DNA from: Nitrospirota bacterium
GTDB lineage: Bacteria > Nitrospirota > UBA9217
Direction of reading: 5' to 3'
DNA: 64,000 nucleotides
NCBI GenBank assembly: GCA_963796285.1
Contig: CAWCKW010000012.1
Coordinates: forward strand, 672,001-736,000
Shown here: one piece after another, positions 11,442 to 21,944 of the stretch
How the letters are laid out: each line of letters starts with the position of its first letter
Position numbering within the stretch: position 1 is the first letter of the stretch
The notes under the pieces: model-generated
What the model was told of the DNA's origin: nothing
Seen by the model: the letters and a program-made list of their open reading frames with translations, nothing else
Database searches by the model: none
Made by a program: the position numbers and the translations under genes

Positions 11442-12836
11442 TCAACCATTCAGTTCCGATAGAGCCGAGAAAAGAAAAATGAGACTGCGACAGCCTTTTT
11501 CCCAATCAGAGATCAATACACTTTCGTTTTCCGAGTGGGCGGCCGAGTAGGGGTCTCCGACGCCAAAGAGCAGGGCAGGCGCTCCGCCGAGGGCATCGGT
11601 AATGGTCTGGACAAATGGGATGGATCCTCCGGCGCCGAGAACGATCGGCTTTATGCCGTATCCCATTTCGAGTGCCCTTCGTGCTGCTTCAAAAGCAGGG
11701 CCGCTCGTATCGGTGTGCCACCATCGTGAAGGCGTCTCCGGTTCAAAGGTAACCTGAATTCCCCAGGGAGCCTTTTCCCGGAGATAGGTGGTGAGAAGTT
11801 CCATCGTTTCCTCGGGCTCCATGTCGGGAACGATGCGGATGCCGACGCGCGCCCAGGCCTTGTCGTTGATGATGTTCGCGGCCTGTTTACGGCTGCTCGC
11901 TTCGATCGCATTAACGGAGATGGATGGCAGATGCCACATTTTTTCGTAGACCGAGCCTTCTTTGCCGATGATCCGCACACCCTCCAGGATCTTCGCCTGT
12001 TTCCGGAACATCAATTCCGAAAAGGGAAGGGCATTCAGGTCCGATACCTCCCGGGATGTTCGTGCACGGACTTTGTTCAAGAGCCCGGGAATCGCGGGAA
12101 CCCCCTGATCGTCCACAAGGCTTGCAAGCATCTTTGAAAGGGCCAGGACGGGATCGGGCAACGGACCGCCCCAGGTGCCCGAATGCAGGCTTGCCGCAAG
12201 CGAACGCACTTCGACATTCACGGTCACGATGCCCCGGAGCGACGCGGTGAGAGCCGGGATGCCGCTGTCAAAATTCTCGCTGTCGGCTATTAAAACCACA
12301 TCAGCGGACAAAAGCTTCCGATGCTTTTCGAGCAGCTTGTTCAGGTTCGTTGACCCGATCTCTTCTTCACCTTCGATAAGCACTTTGACATTGACCGGAA
12401 GACTGCCGATGGAATCAAGGTAAGATACGATCGCTGCAACGTGCATCAATACGCCTGCTTTATCGTCTGATACGCCTCGGCCGTAGAGCCTTCCCTCCCG
12501 CTCTGACGGTTCGAAAGGCGGAGTTGCCCAGAGATCTTCGCGGCCAATAGGCTGAACATCGTAATGAGCGTATAGCAGGATGGTGGGCTTGCCGGGAGCG
12601 CCGGTCCATTGGCCGAATACTGCTGGATAGCCTGCGCCCGTCTCAAGGATCCGCACATCGGATAGATGGCTTTTTCTCAGGAGTGCCGCGACCGCATCGG
12701 CGCACTGCTTAACCCGTACCGGGTCGAATCCAGGGAAACTGATGCTTGGAATGCGGGCGAGGTCTTTAAGGTCATTCAAGTGCTTGGCTTTGTGATTGTC
12801 AAAATGTTCCAGTACAGCGTCGATGTTGTAATTCAT
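11442..12836 (-). CDS. M20 family metallo-dipeptidase
   Basis: LYAHYDVQP, GRGVSDDK, EGEEEIGS, GGSIP, AHSENE. Confidence 0.9.
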   Translation of the reverse strand: MNYNIDAVLEHFDNHKAKHLNDLKDLARIPSISFPGFDPVRVKQCADAVAALLRKSHLSDVRILETGAGYPAVFGQWTGAPGKPTILLYAHYDVQPIGREDLWATPPFEPSEREGRLYGRGVSDDKAGVLMHVAAIVSYLDSIGSLPVNVKVLIEGEEEIGSTNLNKLLEKHRKLLSADVVLIADSENFDSGIPALTASLRGIVTVNVEVRSLAASLHSGTWGGPLPDPVLALSKMLASLVDDQGVPAIPGLLNKVRARTSREVSDLNALPFSELMFRKQAKILEGVRIIGKEGSVYEKMWHLPSISVNAIEASSRKQAANIINDKAWARVGIRIVPDMEPEETMELLTTYLREKAPWGIQVTFEPETPSRWWHTDTSGPAFEAARRALEMGYGIKPIVLGAGGSIPFVQTITDALGGAPALLFGVGDPYSAAHSENESVLISDWEKGCRSLIFLFSALSELNG

Positions 12837-12901
12837 AGGTATTCTCCATCGTGTCTTGGAAATAAAGAAGGGCTGATCCTGAGGCCAACCCTTTTATAAC
12901 A

Positions 12902-13039
12902 TAGTGGAGCGGAGGGAATAATTTCACGCGCTTCGCTTCACAATTGCTCAGCCCCGCGCGCACTCCCCAAAGCACGCGGGGCAATTCCCCTCATACCCCT
13001 TTGCACGGCATGACGGAATCCTGACCCCAAGACTGCCAG
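12902..13039 (-). mobile_element. Degenerate tRNA-Ala 3' fragment (att-like site) interrupted by a ~100-bp insert
   Basis: TAGTGGAGCGGAGGG (12902) and CCTGACCCCAAGACTGCCAG (13020-13039) match tRNA 41395-41439; terminator-like hairpin at ~12866-12895. Confidence 0.7.
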
Positions 13040-13167
13040 TAAGGCTGGGCTGAAAATCACAACCCTTATGTTTCTTTTGTAGTTGTTATTTGCTGCAAAT
13101 CATAAACTATCAACTCGAATTCGTCAACATCTAACCCTCCTCGATATTTTTGGGTCCTGAAAAACGG

Positions 13168-13196
13168 TTGACTTTCCCCGCATAACTTCTTATAGT
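13168..13196 (+). promoter_or_regulatory. Sigma70 promoter giving a probably leaderless transcript
   Basis: TTGACT-17bp-TATAGT with the ATG only 5 nt downstream and no SD sequence. Confidence 0.55.
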
Positions 13197-13201
13197 GACT
13201 C

Positions 13202-13531
13202 ATGATGAAACCCAAACTGCGTTCCATCATATTCCTCCTTGCCTTTGCCCTCCTGATCCAGAATACGTGCCCCATGGGCGCAGCCGGCAAGTCCGCCGTG
13301 ACCGCGTTGTGTAAGAACTGTCCCTTGAATCATGGCTTCATCGTGCCGACGAACCGGCAAAAAACCCTCGTTACCGATTCTTCATCAATCCATTTCCCGA
13401 TGTACGTCTTTGCCGTTCCAAAGATGCTCCATACATTTCAGTTCGAGCCGATCACTTTCGCAGGGGCGGTCCCCGCAAAAAGCTACAGGGACGCACTGCC
13501 GGAAGAACTGCTGCGACCTCCCCGCGTCTGA
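13202..13531 (+). CDS. Small exported CxxC protein with C-terminal RPP motif (DUF2946/CutF/CruR-like leader candidate)
   Basis: Signal-like N-terminus, CKNC, ends in LLRPPRV. Confidence 0.55.
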   Translation: MMKPKLRSIIFLLAFALLIQNTCPMGAAGKSAVTALCKNCPLNHGFIVPTNRQKTLVTDSSSIHFPMYVFAVPKMLHTFQFEPITFAGAVPAKSYRDALPEELLRPPRV

Positions 13532-13692
13532 ATTTAACCCATCAAACATCATTGTTTATTTCTCGAAGCGGCGTTTTTTAGAGTTTGCCGGTTTGCAAAC
13601 CTACGGGCTTGAAAGCTGGTAACAAGTTCAGCTTTCCTTGGCGTGCTGTGCGTGAGATGCATAACTTTGCCGCGAATTTAGGGAGATTACTC

Positions 13693-14886
13693 ATGAACAC
13701 GACGAAAACGCTCCTTCGTAGCGCGCTCGTGCTTTATTTCGTTATTGCCTTTGAAGTTCTGATCATGATCAGTCCCTTTGCCGGGTTCTTTTACTCGGTG
13801 TTCAACCCCGTGCTGCTTAAGTTCGCCGCTCATTCGTCGACGCGGTGGCTGAGCGCGTTTTACCTGCCTCACATGGTCCTGCCCGAGGACCCACTTCTAC
13901 AGTTCGTGCGGGTCACGGGCTCGGTCCTGTTCGTTCTCGGTATGGCGGTTTTTTTTATCTGCGCCATCCAGGTCTACACGGCCAAGTTCATGAAAAAAGG
14001 CGCCGTGCTGGGCGGGTTGTACTCGTCCATCCGCCACCCACAGTATGCGGCGCTCGGACTTGCAGGGCTCGGCCTCTCGATCCTCTGGCCGAGGTTCCTG
14101 ACCGTTGTGCTCTGGCTTGTCATGGCGCTGGTATATTATCTCCTGGCCAGGGACGAGGAGCGGAGGATGCTGAACGCCCATGAAGAGATCTACCGGGCAT
14201 ACATGAAAAAGACCGGTATGTTTCTGCCGAAGAAGATCGAGAGGGCGATCATCCCGTCCTCAGGCCTCGGGAAAACAGCATTCGCCATCGGCCTTGCGGC
14301 GCTCGTGCTCGGCAGCGCGTTCCTGCTCAGGTCGTACACCATCAACCACCTCACGATCTGGACAAAGGCCCAGAATGTCACCGGCATCGCCATTCTGCCC
14401 GAGGACGGATTCAAGATGGACCACCGCATGGGCGACATCCTCGCCCTGAAGGAAGTGAGTGCCCGGATAGTTGCGAACAAACACTATCTCGTCTATTTCA
14501 TCCCGCAGGACTACATCATGCAGGGCATGATCGCTGACACGGGGGGAGACTGGAAGCTCTTTAATCAACACCACTCGATTTCCATGATCTCGGACTGGGT
14601 GTTCCATCCCTTTGCGCATCTTCGCGAGGGACACCATGCCATGCACGGCGGGATGAATATGCAGCATCAGGGCACTGTTGCGATGGGGGATGGCATAAAC
14701 AGGAGGCTTATCTTCCTGTCCATAGAGGATGTGCAGGTGAAGGAACCTTCCGACCTGTTTGCTATCAACGCCCTGCGCGTGCCGCAGTTCATGGTCGACG
14801 TTGAGGTGCACAACATGAAGCTGCTTGACGTGAAGGACCTGCCGCATGGGAGCGGATGGGGCACGGTGCCGACGCCGGTGTTTTAA
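13693..14886 (+). CDS. ICMT/PEMT-family membrane methyltransferase-like protein with a His/Met-rich C-terminal extension
   Basis: Multiple TM helices, GLYSSIRHPQY, DEERRM, HLREGHHAMHGGMNMQH. Confidence 0.7.
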   Translation: MNTTKTLLRSALVLYFVIAFEVLIMISPFAGFFYSVFNPVLLKFAAHSSTRWLSAFYLPHMVLPEDPLLQFVRVTGSVLFVLGMAVFFICAIQVYTAKFMKKGAVLGGLYSSIRHPQYAALGLAGLGLSILWPRFLTVVLWLVMALVYYLLARDEERRMLNAHEEIYRAYMKKTGMFLPKKIERAIIPSSGLGKTAFAIGLAALVLGSAFLLRSYTINHLTIWTKAQNVTGIAILPEDGFKMDHRMGDILALKEVSARIVANKHYLVYFIPQDYIMQGMIADTGGDWKLFNQHHSISMISDWVFHPFAHLREGHHAMHGGMNMQHQGTVAMGDGINRRLIFLSIEDVQVKEPSDLFAINALRVPQFMVDVEVHNMKLLDVKDLPHGSGWGTVPTPVF

Positions 14887-15012
14887 AGCAATGCGGAATG
14901 AAGAATGTTGAAAAAAATTATTTCTTGAATAGGCATAGCCTGCACTTGCGTAAGCGCGGCCATAAACAGAGGTCGCAAAGAGAAACAAAACGATAATATG
15001 AGGAGGGGAAAA

Positions 15013-15789
15013 ATGAAAAGACGATCAATTGTCGTTGGCACTGCATTATCGGTTATGCTGGTCGCGGCGCTCGTTACAGCATATGCGGCAATCGTCGGAT
15101 CAAAGAAAGAGGGAATGGTCGAGTATGTCGGCGCTCAGAAAGATGTTTTTGTGAGTGGCAAGGCCGCGAGCGTCGTGTCTCTGAAAGACCTGGCCGGACG
15201 CAAGGGGCTGTACGCCATGGGACCGATAGATGGACTTGACGGCGAGATCACGATCTTTGACTCAAAGCCTTTTATCACCAAGGTACGTGGTTCCGATTAC
15301 GTGGCGGAGAGCACCTGGAAGCACGGCGCGTTTTTTCTTGTCTGGACGGAGCAGACGAAGTGGATGGATGTTCCGGTTCCCCCTACAGTGAAGGGCTACG
15401 TGGACCTACAGCAGTTCGTCAAGGCACAGGCGCAGGCAGCGGGCATTGACGTCACCAACCCTTTTCCATTCCTACTCTCCGGCGCTCCCGTGGAGATCAA
15501 GTGGCACATCAACGTGGACAGGACGGAAGGGAAGCCCATTACAAAAGAATCATTCGCCAAGTCAAAGCAGCCCTTCGTAACGAAGAACGAACCCGTCGAC
15601 ATCATCGGTTTCTATTCCGAGCATCATGCCGGCGTGTTCCTCACTGCAACCACTCCGGTGATCAAGGAAGGCTCGGGAATGCAGAACGCGATCCACATCC
15701 ATCTGGTATCACGCGCCAGCAAGGCTTCCGGTCATATAGATGACATCACGCTGGGAGAGGGCATGGTATTGCGTCTGCCGAAACCGTGA
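15013..15789 (+). CDS. Exported acetolactate-decarboxylase-like protein
   Basis: Signal peptide, GLDGEITIFD, IIGFYS, HIH...GHIDD metal-site pattern. Confidence 0.6.
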   Translation: MKRRSIVVGTALSVMLVAALVTAYAAIVGSKKEGMVEYVGAQKDVFVSGKAASVVSLKDLAGRKGLYAMGPIDGLDGEITIFDSKPFITKVRGSDYVAESTWKHGAFFLVWTEQTKWMDVPVPPTVKGYVDLQQFVKAQAQAAGIDVTNPFPFLLSGAPVEIKWHINVDRTEGKPITKESFAKSKQPFVTKNEPVDIIGFYSEHHAGVFLTATTPVIKEGSGMQNAIHIHLVSRASKASGHIDDITLGEGMVLRLPKP

Positions 15790-15938
15790 TTATGAAAATG
15801 AACGTAATGCATGTTATTGAGGTTAGCCGTATGATAGATCATAGTGATTGACGTCAACGTGCAAGATACTTTATACTTGAGCCCGACTCATTCAATTGGG
15901 TCGGGTTCTCACATTATGGTCTACGGGAGGCACAGTTC

Positions 15939-16910
15939 ATGGATTTCCTGCAAATGACCTTTCCCATATCGGGAGTGACCACTAATGTTCTCCTTCCGCC
16001 GTTAATTTCTCTGGTTATCTCGTTCTTTACCTCCATGGGCGGCATATCCGGCGCGTTTCTTCTGCTCCCATTTCAGATGAGCGTCCTCAACTATACTGCT
16101 CCATCCGTCAGCGGGACCAATCATGTGTTCAACATCCTGGCGATCCCGAGCGGCGTTTACCGGTACATAAAAGAAGGCCGCATGGCATGGCCCCTGACCT
16201 GGGTGGTCATCGCCGGCACGCTGCCGGGCGTGTTCATCGGATATTATCTTCGCGTCCTGTACCTCCCCGATCCGAAGATGTTCAAATTATTTGTCGGCTG
16301 CGTCCTGCTGTATATCGGCATCAGGATATTTAAAGAACTCCTGGTCGGTAGTAAAGCTCAATCAGCCGGTGCAAAGGCCCTTGAGGATAAATTCAAGGCC
16401 CGGGCAGGGCAAATAAAAAAGGAACAGAGTTCAAAAATGGCCGCGGGCATCCCGGCTGAAGCGGTTGTGAAGACCATAAGCATGTCGCTGAAAAAAATTG
16501 AGTACGAATTTTGGGGCGAGCGGTTCTCATTCAACACCGTCGGCATGTTCGCCCTTGCGTTTGTCGTCGGGATTATCGGTGGGGCCTACGGCATTGGCGG
16601 TGGCGCGATCATTGCCCCTTTCTGCGTGGCCTTTTTCAATTTGCCGATCTATTCCATTGCAGGCGCGACGCTCATGGGGACGTTCATCACTTCGGTGGCA
16701 GGTGCCGTATTTTTCAGCGTTCTGCCCGCGACGCAAGGGATTTCCCCCATGCCTGACTGGCCTCTGGGAATTCTCTTCGGTATCGGCGGATTCATAGGCA
16801 TGTATCTCGGCGCGAAGACACAGAAATACGTCCCGCAGAAGTTCATTAAGATCATCGTAGGCACGGCTATCATGTTTCTTGCGATAAAATATATCGTTCA
16901 GTATTTCTAA
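15939..16910 (+). CDS. Sulfite exporter TauE/SafE family
   Basis: TSMGGISGAFLLLP and GAYGIGGGAIIAP repeats; multi-TM. Confidence 0.85.
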   Translation: MDFLQMTFPISGVTTNVLLPPLISLVISFFTSMGGISGAFLLLPFQMSVLNYTAPSVSGTNHVFNILAIPSGVYRYIKEGRMAWPLTWVVIAGTLPGVFIGYYLRVLYLPDPKMFKLFVGCVLLYIGIRIFKELLVGSKAQSAGAKALEDKFKARAGQIKKEQSSKMAAGIPAEAVVKTISMSLKKIEYEFWGERFSFNTVGMFALAFVVGIIGGAYGIGGGAIIAPFCVAFFNLPIYSIAGATLMGTFITSVAGAVFFSVLPATQGISPMPDWPLGILFGIGGFIGMYLGAKTQKYVPQKFIKIIVGTAIMFLAIKYIVQYF

Positions 16911-17053
16911 TTGAATGATCCAAACACGCCGCCCATCTCTACGCCGGGGGCTCGATTCCGTCCCACGTTCTCTCCTCTGTCGCAGATCGGCGGGTACTGT
17001 CGATTCGCTTTCCGTCATAGTATCGGCCCCGTTAAAGCCAACAGTAAATCCTC

Positions 17054-17102
17054 TTGACAAACCGGACTCACTTCGCTATCATATATAAATAAGTTGATAT
17101 GA
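17054..17102 (+). promoter_or_regulatory. Sigma70 promoter with an overlapping palindromic ArsR-type operator candidate
   Basis: TTGACA-17bp-TATCAT; TATCA-N13-TGATA inverted repeat at 17077-17099, upstream of the ars-like operon. Confidence 0.55.
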
Positions 17103-17108
17103 GGTGAG

Positions 17109-18065
17109 GTGATGCTGAAGGCTTTTGCTTACTATTTGGTGTATAACGTGTTCGGCATGGCGCAGGGCGCGCGGTTGTCAGGTGCTCTGGAATTCTTCAT
17201 ATACGATACAATTAAGATATTTTTACTACTTTCCGTCATCATCTTTGCTGTATCCGTCATTCGGTCCTACTTTCCTCCGGAGCGGACGAAGAAGATCCTT
17301 TCTCATAAACGAGAGTTTATCGGTAATATTCTTGCAGCTCTCCTTGGAATCGTTACGCCGTTCTGCTCCTGCTCGGCAGTACCGCTTTTTATCGGTTTTG
17401 TGGAGGCAGGGGTCCCCCTTGGCGTCACGTTCTCCTTTCTCATTTCGTCTCCCATGGTAAACGAAGTGGCCGTTGTGCTCCTGTGGGGCTTGTTTGGTTG
17501 GAAAATCGCTCTCATCTATATGGGGACCGGTCTCCTTGTCGCAATCATCGCGGGAATGACCATTGGGAAACTGAAGCTTGAAAAGTGGGTCGAGGAGTAT
17601 GTCTATAAGATCAAGTCCCTGGGTGCTCCTGCCGATATAGCACGGCAGACATTCAAGGACCGGATCGTGTATGCTCGGGAAAATACTGCGGACATCTTAA
17701 AAAAGGTTTGGGCCTACGTAATCGTCGCCATTGGTATCGGTGGATTCATCCACGGATATGTGCCTGAAGACTTCCTTGTCCGGTATGCCGGTCCGCAGAA
17801 TCCTTTCGGAGTGCCTATTGCCGTTGCCCTGGGAGTGCCGCTGTATTCGAACGCGGCCGGTGTGATCCCGATCGTCTACGCGCTCATGGAAAAAGGCATG
17901 AGTATGGGCACCGTTCTGGCCTTTATGATGGCAGTCACGGCGCTATCGCTTCCCGAGATGATCATTCTCCGGAAAGTGCTGAAGGTCAATCTCCTGGCGG
18001 TGTTCGTCTCGATCATGACGGTCACGATCATTGGCGTGGGGTATCTGTTTAATGCGATTCTTTAA
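17109..18065 (+). CDS. ArsP/DUF318 family permease
   Basis: TPFCSCSAVP, FLISSP, GVPLYSN, LSLPEM. Confidence 0.88.
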   Translation: MMLKAFAYYLVYNVFGMAQGARLSGALEFFIYDTIKIFLLLSVIIFAVSVIRSYFPPERTKKILSHKREFIGNILAALLGIVTPFCSCSAVPLFIGFVEAGVPLGVTFSFLISSPMVNEVAVVLLWGLFGWKIALIYMGTGLLVAIIAGMTIGKLKLEKWVEEYVYKIKSLGAPADIARQTFKDRIVYARENTADILKKVWAYVIVAIGIGGFIHGYVPEDFLVRYAGPQNPFGVPIAVALGVPLYSNAAGVIPIVYALMEKGMSMGTVLAFMMAVTALSLPEMIILRKVLKVNLLAVFVSIMTVTIIGVGYLFNAIL

Positions 18066-18075
18066 TTAGGAGGAA

Positions 18076-18321
18076 GTGATGGAAATCAAAGTACTCGGTC
18101 CAGGATGCGCAAACTGCTTTAAGATGGAGGAACTTGCGAAAACCGCTGTGAAGGAACTCGGTATCGAGGCCAAGGTCGAGAAGATCACGGACATAGGCCA
18201 GATCGCCATGCACGGCATTCTGTCAACGCCGGGTCTTATCGTGAACGGCAAGATCAAGCATTCAGGCAAACCGCTTCCGAGCCTGGATAAGATGAAAGAA
18301 TTGATCAAGGGCGAAGCTTAG
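18076..18321 (+). CDS. Small thioredoxin-like redox-active disulfide protein (MTH895 type)
   Basis: [19 protein letters not shown]. Confidence 0.88.
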   Translation: MMEIKVLGPGCANCFKMEELAKTAVKELGIEAKVEKITDIGQIAMHGILSTPGLIVNGKIKHSGKPLPSLDKMKELIKGEA

Positions 18322-18331
18322 TGGGAGGAAT

Positions 18332-18709
18332 ATGAACGATCTCGTGACGATATTCAAGGCGCTTTCCGACGAAACCAGACTCCGAATCATAAAACTCCTG
18401 GAGCAGGGAGAACTGTGCGTGTGCGACATAACGGCTGCGCTGGACATGGTGCAGCCAAAGGTATCTTTCCATCTTAGCACCCTGAAGGAAGCAGGGCTCA
18501 TCAAGGACCGCAAACAGGGGAAATGGATTCATTACAGTCTGAAAGATGCCGATCTGTTCAGGAGGATGCTCATGGTATCGGTATGCGAAAAAGCTGATGG
18601 TGGGCTGATTGGAGCTGATCGAAAGCGACTTGCCCATTTTCTCGAGTCGAAAATGACAGGTTCTGATTGTGCGACCACGAAAAGAAAAGCCTGCTCCTGC
18701 GGAGCATAA
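18332..18709 (+). CDS. arsR: ArsR/SmtB transcriptional regulator
   Basis: [18 protein letters not shown] metal-binding motif, VSFHL HTH. Confidence 0.9.
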   Translation: MNDLVTIFKALSDETRLRIIKLLEQGELCVCDITAALDMVQPKVSFHLSTLKEAGLIKDRKQGKWIHYSLKDADLFRRMLMVSVCEKADGGLIGADRKRLAHFLESKMTGSDCATTKRKACSCGA

Positions 18710-18768
18710 AGCATGGAGAATGCTATTTTCGTTAACCGTACCTTGCCGCTTACGAGGTTGAACAATAA

Positions 18769-19452
18769 ATGATATCCCTTGATTTCACAAAAAAAAATAG
18801 CAAGCTCTATTCCTTCGCCTCCGCCTTAGCGATCATTACCATCGCCTACAACATCATTGAAGGAGTCGTTTCGGTGTTCTTCGGAGTTGAAGATGGAAGT
18901 ATGGTGCTCTTCGGGTTCGGTGTGGATTCCTTCGTTGAAGTGATCTCGGGCATCGGGATATGGCACATGGTGCGGAGGATCAGAAATAACGACAAAGAGA
19001 ATCCTGATCAGTTCGAGCAGACGGCGCTCAAGATCACGGGAACCGGATTCTACGTTCTGACAATCGGGTTGTCGATCATTGCTGCCGTTGACCTTTATCG
19101 GGGACATAAACCGGAGACTACCTTTTGGGGCATTGTTGTTTCAATCATCTCCATTGCCGCGATGTGGCTGCTGATCCACTACAAGGTAAAAGTTGGGAAA
19201 CAGCTAAATTCCGAAGCCATTTTATCCGATGCTGCTTGCACCCGTGCCTGTTTGCAGCTCTCAATCGTTCTGCTCATTGCAAGCGTTGGATACGAACTCA
19301 CCCATATAGGCGGGATTGACTCCATAGGCACATTCGTAATTGCGGGGCTTTGCTACCGGGAAGGAAAAGAGGCATTCGTGAAAGCAAAGATAAAAAGCTT
19401 TGCCTGCACCTGCGGCGGGTCTTGCCGGACGGGCGTGGATGTGAACGAATAA
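18769..19452 (+). CDS. Cation diffusion facilitator-like transporter (TM domain only)
   Basis: [15 protein letters not shown], six TM helices, Cys-rich tail CTCGGSC. Confidence 0.75.
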   Translation: MISLDFTKKNSKLYSFASALAIITIAYNIIEGVVSVFFGVEDGSMVLFGFGVDSFVEVISGIGIWHMVRRIRNNDKENPDQFEQTALKITGTGFYVLTIGLSIIAAVDLYRGHKPETTFWGIVVSIISIAAMWLLIHYKVKVGKQLNSEAILSDAACTRACLQLSIVLLIASVGYELTHIGGIDSIGTFVIAGLCYREGKEAFVKAKIKSFACTCGGSCRTGVDVNE

Positions 19453-19480
19453 ACCAAATAGTCAGGATCAGGGGGTAACT

Positions 19481-20560
19481 ATGAACGAATTACCTATTAA
19501 AAGACTTTCTTTCCTGGATAGGTATCTGACTCTCTGGATAATCAGCGCTATGGCCCTCGGGGTGGGACTGGGCTATTTCATTCAAGGAACGGAAGCCTTC
19601 ATCAATAGCTTTCAGGTCGGCACAACCAACATCCCTATCGCCATCGGGCTAATTCTCATGATGTATCCGCCTCTTGCGAAGGTCAAGTATGAGGAACTCG
19701 GCGAGGTCTTCCGGAACAAGAAGGTTCTAGGTCTCTCGCTGGTCCAAAACTGGGTCATCGGCCCGATCCTGATGTTCGCTCTTGCGATCATCTTTCTTCG
19801 TTCTTACCCCGAATACATGGTCGGTCTCATCATGATCGGCCTTGCCCGCTGCATTGCTATGGTGATCGTATGGAACGACCTTGCCTGCGGCGATCCCGAG
19901 TATGCCGCAGGTCTCGTGGCGTTCAACTCGATCTTTCAGGTCCTTTTCTTTTCCGTCTATGCCTACGTCTTCATAACCGTGCTTCCTGTCTGGTTTGGGC
20001 TCAAGGGAGTCGTGGTAAATGTTTCGATCGGACAGATAGCGCAAAGCGTATTCATCTATCTCGGCATTCCATTCATCGCGGGGATGCTGACCCGGTTCGT
20101 GCTGATCAAGATCAAGGACCGCCAATGGTACGAGACGGTCTTTATTCCAAAGATCAGCCCGATCACACTCATCTCGCTCTTGTTCACCATCATCGTCATG
20201 TTCTCGCTCAAGGGCAACTATATCGTCAAACTGCCGCTGGATGTAGTGCGCATAGCGATTCCCTTGTTGATCTACTTCGTGGTCATGTTCCTGGTGTCGT
20301 TCTATCTCGGGAAGAAGATCGGTGCGGATTATCCGAAGACCGCAACACTCTCATTCACCGCCGCGAGCAACAACTTCGAGCTTGCGATTGCGGTAGCAGT
20401 AGCCGTGTTCGGCATCAATTCAGGTGCAGCCTTTGCCGCAGTCATCGGGCCGCTGGTCGAGGTGCCGGTGTTGATCAGTTTGGTGAATGTGTCGAAGTAT
20501 TTTCAGCGCACCTATTTCAGTGTTGAGTACTGCAAGGTCAAAGGAACTGATGCGCTTTGA
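19481..20560 (+). CDS. acr3: Arsenite efflux transporter Acr3
   Basis: [45 protein letters not shown]. Confidence 0.95.
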   Translation: MNELPIKRLSFLDRYLTLWIISAMALGVGLGYFIQGTEAFINSFQVGTTNIPIAIGLILMMYPPLAKVKYEELGEVFRNKKVLGLSLVQNWVIGPILMFALAIIFLRSYPEYMVGLIMIGLARCIAMVIVWNDLACGDPEYAAGLVAFNSIFQVLFFSVYAYVFITVLPVWFGLKGVVVNVSIGQIAQSVFIYLGIPFIAGMLTRFVLIKIKDRQWYETVFIPKISPITLISLLFTIIVMFSLKGNYIVKLPLDVVRIAIPLLIYFVVMFLVSFYLGKKIGADYPKTATLSFTAASNNFELAIAVAVAVFGINSGAAFAAVIGPLVEVPVLISLVNVSKYFQRTYFSVEYCKVKGTDAL

Positions 20561-20596
20561 TGCGGATTGCCGGCTTGGCATTCTTGAGGTAATTAT

Positions 20597-21322
20597 ATGA
20601 AGTTTGCGATATTCGGAGACATACACGGAAACATCGAGGCCCTGAAGGCGGCATATGAGGCGGCAGTCAGGCAGCGGGAGCTGAAAAGATATATCACCTC
20701 GGCGACTTGGGCGGGTATTCTCCTTTTGTGAACGAGGTCGTGGACTTCCTTATCGAGCACAATATCGAAGGCGTGCAGGGAAACTATGATGAGACCGTTG
20801 CGCATGACCGGGAGCATTGCGGATGCAAAGCCGAGGACCCGGTGCAGGAGGAGATGGCGAACCAAGTCATTCGCCTGGACGAAGAAGCATGCATCGTGAG
20901 AGACGAAAGAGTACCTTGGAAAGCTTCCCGTCTGAGATCACGTTTATGCCGCAGGGAAGGAAGGTCGCGCTGTTCCATGCCACGCCATCGGAAGAACAAT
21001 CTCTACTGGTACGAGGACCGGCCGGAGAAGTTCTTTCAGGAGATGGCTGGAAAAGTTGACGCAGATATCCTGATCTACGGCCATACGCACAAGCCGTATC
21101 GGAAAGACTTTGAAGAACAAAATCTTAATCAATGCCGGCAGCGTGGGCAAGCCGAAAGGACGGCGATCCGAGTGCATGCGTGACCTTGGTTGAGATCAAG
21201 GCTGAGAGGTAGTGAACACAGAGTTTCTGCGGGTTTCCTATGATGTGGAGAAGGCGGCACAAGCGATCGTATCGAGCGGTTTGCCCGAATACTTCGCAGA
21301 AAGGTTGAAGGAGGGGAAATGA
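20597..21322 (+). pseudogene. Metallophosphoesterase (YfcE/MJ0936-like), multiply frameshifted
   Basis: MKFAIFGDIHGN, HLGDL, GNYD, GHTH and NAGSVG motifs in alternating frames. Confidence 0.7.
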
Positions 21323-21705
21323 GAATCAAGTTTGTGGTTCTAGTTGTAATGTTTCTATTGTCTCTTTCGTCATGCAGCAATGCCGGAGATATCGACGCTG
21401 CACTAAACAAGGCCAAACAGGAGGGCAAGATCGTTATGCTTGAGCTTGGTTCTGTCGGCTGCATCCCCTGCGAGCAGATGAAGCCCGTAATGCAAAAACT
21501 GCGCGACACATACCAGGGGAAGCTTGAGGTCATCTTTATCGATGTGCGTCAGGACCATAAGACCGGCAGGCAGTTCGGCGTTCATGTGATCCCAACACAG
21601 GTTTTTCTCGACAAGACGGGCAAGGAGTTTCACCGTCATATCGGTTTTTATTCCTATGAGGAGATTGCACCTGCTTTTGAAGAAGAACGGTTTATAGATT
21701 GGTAA
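21319..21705 (+). CDS. Thioredoxin-family lipoprotein
   Basis: Lipobox LSSC, CIPC active site, IPTQVF cis-Pro motif. Confidence 0.85.
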   Translation: MRIKFVVLVVMFLLSLSSCSNAGDIDAALNKAKQEGKIVMLELGSVGCIPCEQMKPVMQKLRDTYQGKLEVIFIDVRQDHKTGRQFGVHVIPTQVFLDKTGKEFHRHIGFYSYEEIAPAFEEERFIDW

Positions 21706-21725
21706 AACTTGTGAGGGACTGCGCC

Positions 21726-21944
21726 ATGGAACATCGCATTTGCTACTGTTTTGGATATTCAGAAGAAGACATAACAAAAGATGTCTTGAAGAACAACGGC
21801 AGATCTTTGATCATGGAAAGAATACTCGCCGAGAAAAAAGGCGGAGGATGCTCTTGCGGAGAAAACCATCCGCTTGGCAGGTGATGCCTGGGTGATGTCC
21901 GCCGTGTTGTGGACAAGGCAAAGGAAAGACTCAAAAGCGCTTAA
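21726..21944 (+). CDS. Small BFD/CopZ-like Cys-rich protein with an in-frame UGA (probable selenocysteine)
   Basis: ICYCF...CSC...NHPLGR-UGA-CLGDV; the frame stays open to a TAA overlapping the next ATG; SECIS-like hairpin follows the UGA. Confidence 0.75.
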
